DNA from: Paraspadella gotoi | Lineage: Eukaryota > Animalia > Chaetognatha | Assembly: GCA_051294375.1 (NCBI GenBank) | Contig: CM119265.1 | Span: 16,853,304-16,917,303, forward strand | Reading direction: 5' to 3' | DNA length: 64,000 nucleotides | In this document: positions 38,330 to 49,976 of the stretch, piece after piece | Layout: every line of letters begins with the position of its first letter | Numbering within the stretch: the stretch's first letter is position 1 | Notes under the pieces: generated by a model | Seen by the model: the letters and a program-made list of their open reading frames with translations, nothing else | Database searches by the model: none | Told to the model about the DNA's origin: nothing | Program-made: the position numbers and the translations under genes

Positions 38330-39510
38330 CGCCGCCCAATCGACGGCCGGCCCACGAGCGAAACACTGAGGCTCGCGTAAAGTGGGAAGTCGAAAGAACG
38401 GCCGGCCACCCGGTTGGGGGGAAAGAGGAAGAGGGGAGGTGGAGTAGTGAGAAGGGGAAAGGGGAAGGAGGGGTAAAGGGGCCAAAAGAGAGCGAAGGGG
38501 TGTTGGAGTAGAACGTGAAGTTCGGAAGAGAGAAGTGACAAATAGGTTGGCAGGAGAATGGCCGCCGAAATGAGTGTTACCAATCTCAAGTAAAGTTGCA
38601 ATTTTGCACCAAAGATGAAAGAGAAATATAATTTTTTTTGCACGGAGCGTGTCCTGCTGTAAAAATACGAATGAAAGATGTGAAAGAGCACAAGGGAAAA
38701 AAAAAGAAAAGTATTTCCGATTTAGGATTGGAGAGTAAAGTCAAATGTTGAGAGAAATCCTTTTTTTTTCTTTACTGTAAAAAAAAATGATGCTTTTTGG
38801 CAAAGAGAATTTGAAAGAATAATTGAAGCCTACAAAAGATTCGATAAAGTAAAACATAAATATTAAACAGCAAACGGTCGTCCTTCAACGACGTCCAAAT
38901 CCGTTCGCCCTCGTATTTCGACCTCATAAAGTTTCTCTCTGTCCCGGTCGATCGACATTTTACTGTTGGGCGAATCTTCAATGAAGATTCTTCATAGTAT
39001 TGGACGTTCATCATTTTCCTTTATTTGACCGACGGTCGGCTGACCCCGCGGTCCGACCGCCCGACCACGAAACCGACGGGCAACTGTAAAAGTCTAACTT
39101 TTAGCCGCTCATTACGATTTTATGTCCGATAGTAAATCTCCTCGATTGCCGAGGCGGAGGGGAGAGGTGTGGGGAGGGAATTCGTTGACTGGTGAACTGA
39201 ATAAATTGTGTACTCGCAAAGGATAGTTTTGTTGTGGCCGTAGTGAACTAGTCAAAGCTTCGGCCGAATCCGCATCGAAGCTTCTCTCACGAAAACCCAA
39301 AACCGCGATTTCATTGAAATCCCGCTGACGGCGGCGATTTTGAAGAAATCGGGGATGATGGGCGGGGAATGGTAGGGGATCGGGTGGGGACTAGAGTAGG
39401 GGAGTAGAGTCGGTGTGGTGGTGAACTTTACGAAGTTTGATGTTTCGCTTCTGGTGACAAAGAAGTTTAAAGTTCTTGAAGGCAAAAAACAAGGGATTGT
39501 TGACATACAT
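38330..39510 (-). mobile_element. decayed LINE (CR1/L2-like) ORF2 remnants
   Basis: Minus-strand motifs in the expected order: IIPDFFKIAAVSGI (cf. G.iP..WK.A.V.Pi), NYPLRVHNLFSSPVNEFPPHTS (cf. yL..hNLls..QhGF....S), and near 38600 WCK.LQL....../HFGG..PA./YLSLLSSEL (cf. Wc..wQL.fN..Kc..lHfG....Y.l...L). Confidence 0.4.
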
Positions 39511-39639
39511 TTATCTTGTTCGAAAATGAAGGAAAGGTCTTATTTTAATGAGGCCTCGATGGGGCTATTAATGAACATAAGAAGGTATTCAATAGTTGGC
39601 ATGAATGGGAAGATTCGTTGAGGGCATGGACGGGGTTAT

Positions 39640-41790
39640 GTGTATATATATATATATATATATATAGATAGAGCAGATGTCTTGGTCTCTCTCTCGTCGT
39701 CTCGCCGTCTCGTGGCTCTGTCTCGTTCGTTCTTTTTTTTTTTTTGTATGAGGGGGTGCTCTATTGCGCCGCGTCTAGTGTGTATGTGTGTCGTCGCGTG
39801 TCTGCGGTCATCGTCTTCGCCAGCGGCGTGATGTGAGGCATCTGCGCGTGTGATATTCGAGCCACTCTCGTTATGCTTTGCTCTTATTGTTTCTCCGGGC
39901 AGCGTTGAGGTGTCAGAGTGAGCGGGTGGGGAGTGACGATTACAGATGTCGCCCTTTCTTCTTGGATAGTGGAGGTTTTGGAGAGTGTGGTGTTGAAGAG
40001 AGGAGAGGAGAAGTGAGGTTTGTGTGCGGACCTTTGTGGTTTGTATTATCTTGCGGTGGGATGATACAATATATGCTATCTCGTGCGAGGATATGTTGTC
40101 GGTTCTATCATAATTAGGTGGAGGAGAGTGCGCGTGTGGTGTTGGTGGTATTACGGTGTATGATATCTTATTGGTAAGTTTCTTGTGAGGTGGAGTGTCA
40201 TAGAGGTTGGTGGTGGGGGTGTAGGTGGACTGATATATTCTATGATGTGTCTTAGTATATTTCTTCTAGTATTTTGTTTCTTCAATTATGGTCATCGTGG
40301 ATCTATTGAGAGTCCTTCTGTGGTAAGGTTGTATTTATAGGTATTATTGTGCCGCAAGAGCGGTGTTCGAAGGTGTCTTGAACGGAGTATTGTTATAGTG
40401 GTTCTTCAGCGAATATTTGTGAAAGATGGCGCGGGTAGGTTTCGTAAATCTGATGTCTGTGCGCTTTACCGTAGATGTCGGAATATTTTTCGATAGAAAT
40501 TAGGGTCTCGGTATTTTTATATATGAAAGTTCGGTTGCCTTTTTCTCTTTCATCTTATATTGGTTCTTTTGATTTTTTTTTTTGTTTATAATATATGTTT
40601 CTTCCTGTTATGTTGCTCTAGATGATTAGGATATTTATTGAGTCAGTTAAAGGACGAATTAATTCTTCCATCAGTTTGTTCATAATTATTTGTTTTTTTT
40701 ANNNNNNNNNNNNNNNNNNNNNNNNNGTTTTACGCAGAAATGAGTGATATATCTCTGATTTGGAGAGCATTCGGGGCCGAATCGAAATTTACGCTGATGC
40801 GGAATGTATGGTTTGCGAGTTTTCCTTAGCTCGTTTTCGCTTCGGAAACAGAACGACCGTGTTCGCTAATTTGTTTTATTCCTTTTTCCTCTGTTTTTAA
40901 TTCGGGCATAACTTTAAAGTCCGGTAAACGCTTAGTACCGTGTTGTTAAAATACTCAAAAAAGTGCCCACCGTAACTTTTTAGAGAAAATTGGCGAGGAC
41001 ACTCGTGGAATTCTCTCAACTAGCACTATCTTTATCTCCTCTGCTCTCTCTCTCTCTCTCCCTCTCTCCTCTCTCTCCTCTCTTTCGCACGCGTATTCCT
41101 TCAACTAGCTAGTTAACACACGGAACAGATTTAGTTCTCATCCCAATTCGCTCAAATGGGAAAAGTTCATCCACATTTGGAAACCCCGTTGGCGTGGAAG
41201 AGAGAGAGAGGAGAGAAAGAGAAGAAAGAGAGAGATAGACGACGAGAGAGAAGAGAGAGAGAACATGAGAGGGACGACTACTTCCGATTTAGATCTTCCC
41301 CGATTCGATCCGGGAATACAATTTTTTTTCTCGAGAGATTTGATATTAAAAACGATGAGAGTGCCTCTAAAGAACGGGACGGGTGTTGAGAGTATAATAT
41401 TAAGGAATGCAAAAATTTTTGTCAATATGTAAAACAGCTTATCAAAAAACAAAAATCCAAATTTACAATCCGTTCTATTGAGCCTTGAATTTTAAAATAT
41501 TATGCCAACGGGTGCTCGAAGCGAATTCACAGACATTGGTTGTAAGAGTTTAAGGTCTCCCCAAACGTGGGCAGGGACGCTTGAAGTCACAAAAACATTT
41601 GTGAAAGAGCGCGGAGGTTTTCAAACTTTCAATCCTTCGCGTCAATAGCTTTTTTCCAAAAAAAAGGCCTCATTTTATAAAATGAAAATCGGCGCACTTG
41701 ATTCCTTTTCATTTTCCTTTTATAGCTGTCTTTTATTTTAGTTGAAATAATGGTGGCTCCCTTTAGTGCTCAAATATTTTGAGCAAGGTG
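39640..41790. repeat. very noisy G/T-rich copy (39640-40700) of the segment after the 25-N gap (~41000-41790)
   Basis: Anchors in order: tctattgag (~40302 vs ~41473), ggtgttcgaag vs ggtgctcgaag (~40362 vs ~41511), atttgtgaaaga (~40415 vs ~41597), atgaaa.tcgg (~40523 vs ~41682). Confidence 0.7.
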
Positions 41791-43376
41791 TGAAAGCGAA
41801 AACTTCGGGGAGGGAGGAAATGCGCAAGTTTGCGTGAAGTTGTGGTGTTAAATGTGTGCCTGGAAAAAAGCAAGCAACGGCAACGCTTCGGATTTCGTGC
41901 CTATGCAGAGAGTTGCACGATGAAGCACAGAGATTAAAGGAAACACAGTCACGGCGCTGCAGGAATTGAACTGGTCAGACGAGGCGATTCGAAACCGCCG
42001 CCGGCGAAACGCGAACGGGAAATGGGGGAATGAGGGTGCGTCACCGGGGAACGCGACTCATCCCGGCGCGAGCGCCGTAACCGGAACGGGACTTCAACGG
42101 CCGTGAACGGAGTCCGCGTTCAAGGCCGGCCGGCTCCCGAGCTGAAGATCAGCTGTGTTTCGTGCGAGAGTTGCGAGTCTTGCTGGCCTGTGGAGCTGTG
42201 GGAGTTGTCCTGTAGTCATTGGTCGGCGGTGCGTCGTGCGGCGTCGCGTGTCCTCACGGGTTCTGCGCGGTCCTCGGAAGTAGCGTCATCCTCGCGGCAA
42301 GAGTTGCTTACAAACAGAGGCATAGTGCAAAGTCGGGAGGCAACAAGTGTTGAAATGGGCGTGAATGCGGGAAAGGAGGAACAATCACCAAGGTTCGGCT
42401 GACTTGAGGCGGGACCGCGATACTACAAGTAGCGGGGCCAACAAAAGTCGGCGCACACAAATAGTCACACTGTCAGCCAGACGGCAGTGCCGTCCCATGT
42501 CCCGACGGCCGCCGACTTCTCCGTGGGACCAAAAAACGCGGCTTATAATAATCACACTTTAAGAATAGAACGTCACGGTGACGATGTCACAGGGAAAACG
42601 GGGAAGCCGGCGGTCAGCGGCGACCGGGGCGGCTGGCGTGGACGGCGGCGGCTGCTGCGACGGCGGCGGCGGCGGACGACGAAAATGAAAGGGGTGCCGT
42701 AAGAAACAGGAGGAGAAAGGAATGCGGGTGGTGCAGATTGGGCGAAGCAATGTCAAAACGCGGCGTGTGTCGGCGGCCAGCGCGGTGGGCGGCGGTTTCT
42801 GCCGCCAGCGTGCGTCGGTCGGCGAGCTAGTCACATGCGCGTACAGTTGGATAATGATTCAATGCGTGGTGTGCAGTGGTTGGAAGAAAGCTAGCGATCA
42901 TGTGAACGGTAAATAGGAAAGGAAATTAGGAGAAAGGTAAATAGTATCCCGTGCGAAACGTTAACGCCAAACCGGTAGAAATTAACGCGAACTTCAGAAA
43001 AAAAAATCGTGTACGACGGAGCACGTACTGATCACGAAGTTAGGGAAGTAGGTTAAGTGAAAACGCTGGACAATGGTAACCGAGGAAGCCGAGGCATGTG
43101 CAAATGGGAAGGAAAAAAAGCCGAGCGGAGAAAGTGCCACAAACGGAAAACGACGACCGAGGGAAGTTAAAGAGGAGGAAAACCCGGTGGCGGTTTAACC
43201 CGACCCGGCGGCCGACAGGCGCAATCCCCCGTCGGCAAAACCAACCCAAGGCGGACCAGTGCGTCCCCCGCCAAACGAAGACGAAAACTTCCAGAGGTCC
43301 CGTGCACCCGCGACGTACCCTCGAAGAGCGGAGCAATAAATTTCCTTGGGAACTTTAACGCACTGACGGAGAGGGG

Positions 43377-43456
<80 letters not shown>

Positions 43457-44043
43457 GAGTGTGAAAGGACTGTGAGTACCGTCTATCCTGAGAGTAATGG
43501 GCTGGTGAGAGAGACTAATTATATCGTCCCCGATGCCCAACAGTTCGAACATAGCGAGCGAAGAGTATAGTTGGATGAGTAAGGTAGTGTCGTCGATCGC
43601 TTTTAAGACAGCGAAAAAGTGTTCCTGTACTGATCTCCTCCGTCCTGCTCTCTCCGTCTCCGTCGCCTCCGCGTCGCCTCCTCTTCTCCTCGCTCCTTCA
43701 CTCTGCTCTGCTGCTCCGTCTCCGCTTACTGGACACAGTTCTCTGTTCTATTTCGCGATGCTGGCCTGTTTCCAGTGTCGTGTGTTCAAAATAAAAAAAA
43801 AGGTCTCCGCGAAGTCAAAGTAAAAGAAGAAAGAATGAAAGGCAGCGGGAAAGAGAGAAGGAAAGAAAAAGTAAAAAAAAATAAAGAAAAGGGAAGGAAA
43901 GTAGAATAAATAAAGAAAAAAAAAAAAGAAAGAAGAAGCATTAGTGGTGTTCTGGCTGCTCGACGTTCGACGGAAGGGAGCAAATGCACTGTGGATAAAT
44001 ATAAAGAATAATTAAGGGCTAAAGTGTGCGAATGAATGTGAAT

Positions 44044-44106
<63 letters not shown>

Positions 44107-45230
44107 GAGGAGAGAGAGAGAGACGGACGGAGAGGGCGCGCGAATAGTTTGAATCCGTTTCAGTGAAGAAAAGTGCCGGTTCCTTGGCGCTATCAACCGT
44201 CAACCGCAGTGGATGGCCGGGCGATTCGAGTCGGTCGGTTCGGCGTTCGTCGGCGGCAATGCGTCAGCGTCGCATAATCAGCAGTCACCGGTTCATGCAT
44301 GGCGGGACGCTTGCGTGGAGGTCGACGACAGCCCAGCTGCAGGCGGCGTCAAGCAGATGTGATAGCACGAAGTGAAGCTGGTCTGTGGCGAGGGCGGCAA
44401 GGCGGCACGAGACAGCAAAGGGCGCACGGCAGTCAGCTGCAGGCTGAAGTTGGGCTACGTCGGCGCGCATCGTCTGCGTCGAGCCTTCAGCGGCGGCAAA
44501 CGGCGGCGGTCGCCACGGCCGGCGGCCAGCGAAGAAAGAAAACAGAGAAATGCAAAAAAGAAAAACGGCCAGCCGCGACGAGCGGCCGGCTGACGCTCGC
44601 GGCCGCGACGCCTGCCGGGCGGCGCGGAGCGGGTGAGGGGCGCTCATGCGAACCAAAAGACGCCCGTCACGGACCCCGGCGCGAAGACAAAGAAACACGA
44701 CGAGAAGGCGGTCGCACAACGGTGGAGCGTCGACCAGCGACGCGGAAACGCCGCGGAGCAAAACTTTTTTGCTTTAAAAAATTTCATTTAAAGGAGAATA
44801 AAATATCGTGAAGGCAAAAAACGGATTTCCAAATTCACAACATAAAAGATCTATCTTCGAACGACACACTTCCTAAAACTGCAGCAGGCAATGCTGAAGC
44901 AATGCCAACGCTTCGGAGTTCTTCTTATGTTCATTAGAGTTGCACTATGATCACAGAGATAAAGGAATGGAACTTTTCAGACGAGCGATCGAAACCGGTG
45001 CCGCCGGCGAAACGCGAAACGTGAAATGTTGTGAATGAGGTTCGTCACCTGTGAACGCGACTCATTCCGGTCGCGAGTCTCCGTGAAACTCGGCAACCGT
45101 GACTTCACGTCCGTGACGTGAGTCGCTCAAGGTCTCTTCCCTTCTCCCGATCTGAAGACTCGAGCTTCGTTTCTGAGTTTCTGAGTCTTTGCTTCCTTTT
45201 GGATTCTTGGTTGGAGTTGTCCTAGTCATG

Positions 45231-45265
<35 letters not shown>

Positions 45266-47011
45266 TCTCCTCGACGTCTTCGCTGTCGTCGTAGTTGTCG
45301 TCATCCTCGTTGCATATTATGCATTATCAATTACATAGTCATATTTCAAATTCGTAGTCAAAATATTTTTAAATTTGGCGTTATGCTGTAAATTATTTGA
45401 ACAATCACCAATTTTCTGCTACTGAGTTCGTTACCGCTATACTTTACATAGTATTTCGTGGTTTGCAACAAAATCGTCTCACACAACATATCACACTTTC
45501 AGCCCCATACTGCAGTTTCCTTCCCATTCCCGACTGCCGCCGACTCAGTCACGTTTGGGACCAAAAACCGTCTTTATAATAATCACACTTAAAATTAACG
45601 TTTCACTTTTACGAGTCGACATTTAAAACGGAAAGCCGTCGTCAGCGGCGACGGCGGCGGCTGCTGCGACGGCGGCGGCGTCGTACTACGAAAATTCAAA
45701 TGTTGCCTATAAAAACGGAGGAGAAATTTAATCGTTTGTTGCAGATTTGGCGAAGCAATTTTTGCAAAACTCGTCGTCGTCGTCGCCATCGTCGTTGTCG
45801 TCGTCGTCGTCGTCATCGTTACATTCTCGTACATTTGATAATTATTCAATGTTTGTTTTCAGTTTTAATAAGGCTACGATATGAACTGTAATTTAATTAA
45901 AGGTAAATTATGAGAAAGTAAATTTAGTATCCCGTCGAAACTTTAAACTCCAAACCTGTAGAAATAACTCGACTCAGAAAAAAAGTCTTTACGAGCTGAG
46001 CACGTACTGTATTTCACGGAATTTATTGAATAGTTTAGTAAAACTGTTACAAGGTAACCGATGAATCCTATTCTATCAAATTGGTGGAATAAAAAAAAGC
46101 CGCATCGAGAAAATTTCACAACTGAAAACGTGACGACCGATGGAAGTAAAGATGAGGAAAACCGGTTTGGCGGGTTAACCCGACCCGCGGCCGACATGCG
46201 CATCCCCCGTCGGCTAAACCAGACCCCAAGGCGACCATTTCGTTCCCCCTTCAAACTTAAGACGAAACTCTCCAAGGTCGCCTCACCCCGATACTTACCC
46301 TTCGAGATATGCGGAGCAATAATTCCTGGGAACTTAACTCACTTACTTTAGAGGTGGAGAGAGAGAGAGAGAGAGAAGAGACGAGGAGAGAGAGAGAGGA
46401 GAGAGACAGGAGCAGAGAGAAATTTTTGAAGACTTTATTATCCTGTCTTATCCTTGAGAGTAAAGTCTTGAGAGAGAACAATTATATTCGTGCCCCGGAT
46501 GCACTACAGTTCGAAATTACGAGCGAATATTATTATTTGATTAGTGAATTATTCTTTCGAATCGCTTTTAANNNNNNNNNNNNNNNNNNNNNNNNNNNNN
46601 NNNNNNNNNNNNNNNNNNNNNNNNNNNNNNNNNNNNNNNNNNNNNNNNNNNNNNNNNNNNNNNNNNNNNNNNNNNNNNNNNNNNNNNNNNNNNNNNNNNN
46701 NNNNNNNNNNNNNNNNNNNNNNNNNNNNNNNNNNNNNNNNNNNNNNNNNNNNNNNNNNNNNNNNNNNNNNNNNNNNNNNNNNNNNNNNNNNNNNNNNNNN
46801 NNNNNNNNNNNNNNNNNNNNNNNNNNNNNNNNNNNNNNNNAAAAAAAATAAAGAAAAGGGAAGAAAGTGAAAATAAAAAATAAAGAAATAAAAAAAAAGA
46901 AAGAAAATTCATTATTGTTTCTGCTTCTTCGACGTCGACGGAAGGGAGACTCAAAATGCCACTTGGAAAGAAAAAGAATAATAAGCGTAAAGTGTGGAAT
47001 GAATTTGAAAT

Positions 47012-47051
<40 letters not shown>

Positions 47052-47700
47052 TATTTTTTTCGAAAGTTTTTCCTTTTATTAAGAAAGTTTCCGTTTTCTT
47101 TGCGCTTATCAACCGTCAACCGCAGTTGGTTGTCTTCGTCGTCGATCGTCGTCGTCGTCGTCGTCGTCGTCATTCTTCATTCGTGTCAGTAATCATTCAT
47201 TATCATCCTTTCTCATTTGCTTTACGCTGTCTTTGTAGTTTGTCGACTCATTCCCGATCTCGTTGTCGTCATCATCAATTTTATCACGATTTGAAGTCTT
47301 CTTTCGTAATAGTCGTCACATTGTGTCACAGACATCAAGGTTCGTCGTCATCATCGTTCGTGAAGTTTTCGTCGTCTTCGTCGTCATCGTCTTCGTCGTG
47401 ATCCTCATCGTCGTCAACGTCGTCGTCAACGTCGTCGTCAACGTCGTCGTCTTCCTACTTCCGTCGGGCGATCGGAGAAAGAAAACAGATAAATGCATAA
47501 TAAATAAAAACTGCCTCCGCGACGAAGCCGGCGGCTGCGGCTGCGGCGCGGCGGCCTGCCGGTTGCGGCGGCGGAAGCGGTCGAGGTGACGCTCGAACAA
47601 AAGACGCCGTCACGTGACCCCTGCGCCTAAGACAAAAGAACACGACGATAATTTCATTCGCACAAACGGTTTTTTAGCGTCGACCAGCGACGCGGAACGC
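41790..47700. repeat. ~3 kb direct duplication with systematic G/T exchange between copies
   Basis: 41790-44760 and 44810-47700 are colinear (caacgcttcgga, gggaccaaaaa, tataataatcacactt, tatcaaccgtcaaccgcagt, gtcgaccagcgacgcggaa). The first copy tends to have G where the second has T. Confidence 0.9.
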
Positions 47701-48279
47701 TTTCTTATGGGGGGGNNNNNNNNNNNNNNNNNNNNNNNNNAAAAAAGAGAGAGATGAGACGGCCTTGACGTCGATCTGAAGCCCTTCCCGATCGTCGCCA
47801 GGGCAATCCGCGCCCAAGCATGCAGGTCTAACGATCAAAGGTCCTGAGGGAAAAGGTGCGTGCGCCACGAAATGGAGCGAAAGACGGTTCTGGAACGTGA
47901 AGCAGCTCTAGCAAAGAGGCTGGAGCTTAGCTCTGGAGCTGGGAGTCGTCTTCTCATTATAGTACGTAAAACCCGAGTGGCGTAATAAAGTATTATTGTG
48001 AAATACTAATGAAAATTATATAAGCAAAAATGCCTTAAAGTGTGAATCGTCATTAATTCCTTTTACTGTTGCACTAACTAATGAATTTCCTTATTAGCTT
48101 TTTTTTCAATTATTATAAATAAAACTCGTCTATGTTTAATTCAGTGGCTTTAATTTTTTCTCCGCATTCTTACATCAAATTCGTATTTCTCGTCTCGTAA
48201 TCATATTTCCAATCCGTTCAACGAAAAGCCGAGAACAGACGAGAACCAGAGAAGGCGACCTGTTTGCTGCAACACGACC

Positions 48280-48660
48280 CCTCGCAAACGCCGATTGACA
48301 GCGCATGTTTGTTTTCGGAGGTTCACTGCTCACCTCCCGCCTCGTCCGCCTCAACCTCCTGCACCGTTCCTTTCACTTCCTCGTCAGAACGCAGCTGGCG
48401 GTCTTTTCGTCTGGAAGGATTGAAAATGGGGGGGGGATTGAAATACAGTGGGGGGGAGAAGGGGGTAGAAGGGAAGCGGAATTAAGGGTGGAGGGGAAAG
48501 CGGTGAAAGGGAACTGCGGGGATGGGAAGTGGGCGACTGAGAGAATGACTGAGGTGGAGAAGGCGTATTGTCAGTCTTCATCTAAGATAGGGGGACAATG
48601 GGACCATAAAAGAAGGAAAGGGCGAATAAAGCATGTGGACAGGAAAACGCGGTACGGAAG
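48280..48660. mobile_element. possible decayed LINE post-RT fragments in two orientations
   Basis: Plus 48290-48410: IDSACLFSEVH / RLVRLNLLHRSF (cf. iDs.L.F..H...kA...L.ll.RsF). Minus ~48640-48585: CFIRPFL/YGPIVP (cf. vRP.LeY...vW.P). Confidence 0.3.
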
Positions 48661-48703
48661 AAAAGAAAGAAAGAAGAAAGAAAAAAAGAAAGAAAGAAAG
48701 AAA

Positions 48704-48742
<39 letters not shown>

Positions 48743-48790
48743 TAAAAAACAAAAAAGAATAGAGAAAGAAAGAAAGAAAGAAAGAAAAAA
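48660..48790. repeat. (AAAG)n microsatellite
   Basis: Imperfect run seen directly. Confidence 0.9.
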
Positions 48791-48841
48791 AAAAGTGAGT
48801 AAAGGCGAATTTCAAAGATTGAAAGAGATTCTGTCGTGAGG

Positions 48842-48905
48842 ATGAATTGAGAGTGGAATGAATTGAGAGTGGAATGAATTGAGAGTGGAATGAATTGAGA
48901 GTGGA
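48842..48905. repeat. 16-bp minisatellite, 4 perfect copies
   Basis: atgaattgagagtgga x4. Confidence 0.95.
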
Positions 48906-49075
48906 ACCCAAATCCTTCACCGAGGACAAGGAAAGAGGATCGAGAGGAAATAAACCTCTGGTGNNNNNNNNNNGTCGTCTACTTCTTCTTTTCAACGTTA
49001 TTCCCACTTTCGCCCATTATAGTTTTTTCGCAGAGTTTTTATTGACAGCCNNNNNNNNNNNNNNNNNNNNNNNNN

Positions 49076-49831
49076 TTATACGGTTTTAAGAACTCGTACC
49101 CAGGCTTACGGCATGGCTGTGCCGACCCAAACGGCCACCCAACCTGACCGAGTCTCAATACGAAATCGAAAGACACTCCAAAAGCTTCAAAAGATGAAAT
49201 AGGTCACCGAGAGCATCGCCGAAAAAGGGAATAAACATGGACGTTCGGACAGAGGACGGAAAATCGCCAAATGCTCCGCACTGGAGGATCGTGGAACGAA
49301 TGGTCAAAGAAACGAAGAAGCCATCTCACAGCAGCTTTTGCCGCAAGAAACTAACGTCGAACGTTGCGACCCTCGTTGAGCCGAAGTGCAGGTATATTGA
49401 TAGCAGACGTCCGAATAACTCGAATCATCAGAGTCTTAAAAAGCGAAATAGCAGATCCCAATGAACATTTATATCCTTATCTTTACTCGTCCAACGTCAT
49501 TAACCATATACCTTACGCAAGCATCAGAAGGGGACTGTATGAAGCCTCTTGGAGACAAGTGGGAGATCGCCGACGCTTTCTGGAAAAGAGGTTAACTGAG
49601 TATTTAATATCACTCCAGGAAAACGCACGAAGTGGAGACGCGACGGAGAAGTTGAAGGAAGGGCAAGTCGTCCTCTCTCTCGAGCCAAAGCACACGTTGT
49701 ATCAATGGAGAATCGGACGAGTGATCGAACTGAGGGGACGGACCGAACCAAGAGAGAAGCAGCTCGTTCGCCTGCGCCGAACGGAAAGACGTTTCGTCGC
49801 CATCACAACGCGTTGGTCCCAGTTGGAATAA
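49076..49831 (+). CDS. BEL/Pao integrase core end plus DUF5641-type C-terminal domain (frameshifted)
   Basis: KGI...SPNAPHW.RIVERMVKETKK...KLT (cf. GI.W.F.p..aPh.GG.wERmVk..K), ID SRP (cf. iNsRP), and WRQV..RFLEKRLTEYLISLQE...KLKEGQVVLSLEPKHTLYQWRIGRVIEL...VRLR (cf. FW.RW..EYL..LQ....lkvGdvVL..e...p...W.lGRv.el). Confidence 0.88.
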
Positions 49832-49976
49832 CCAATGAGGAAAAACTTGTTAATGAAAACTTCAAACAGCGAAAAATCAATTAAATTTGGACGAAATCTA
49901 TTGAATAATATTGTTGAACCGACACCATTTGTTTAAGATAAATGTTATAATTTAACAAGATATAGCTTAATTCGCC

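Noticed and set aside
44980-45070. Homeobox-like RTSFT motif on the minus strand
   Set aside because: No helix-3 WFxNRR follows, and the other copy of the duplicate reads differently here because of the G/T exchange.
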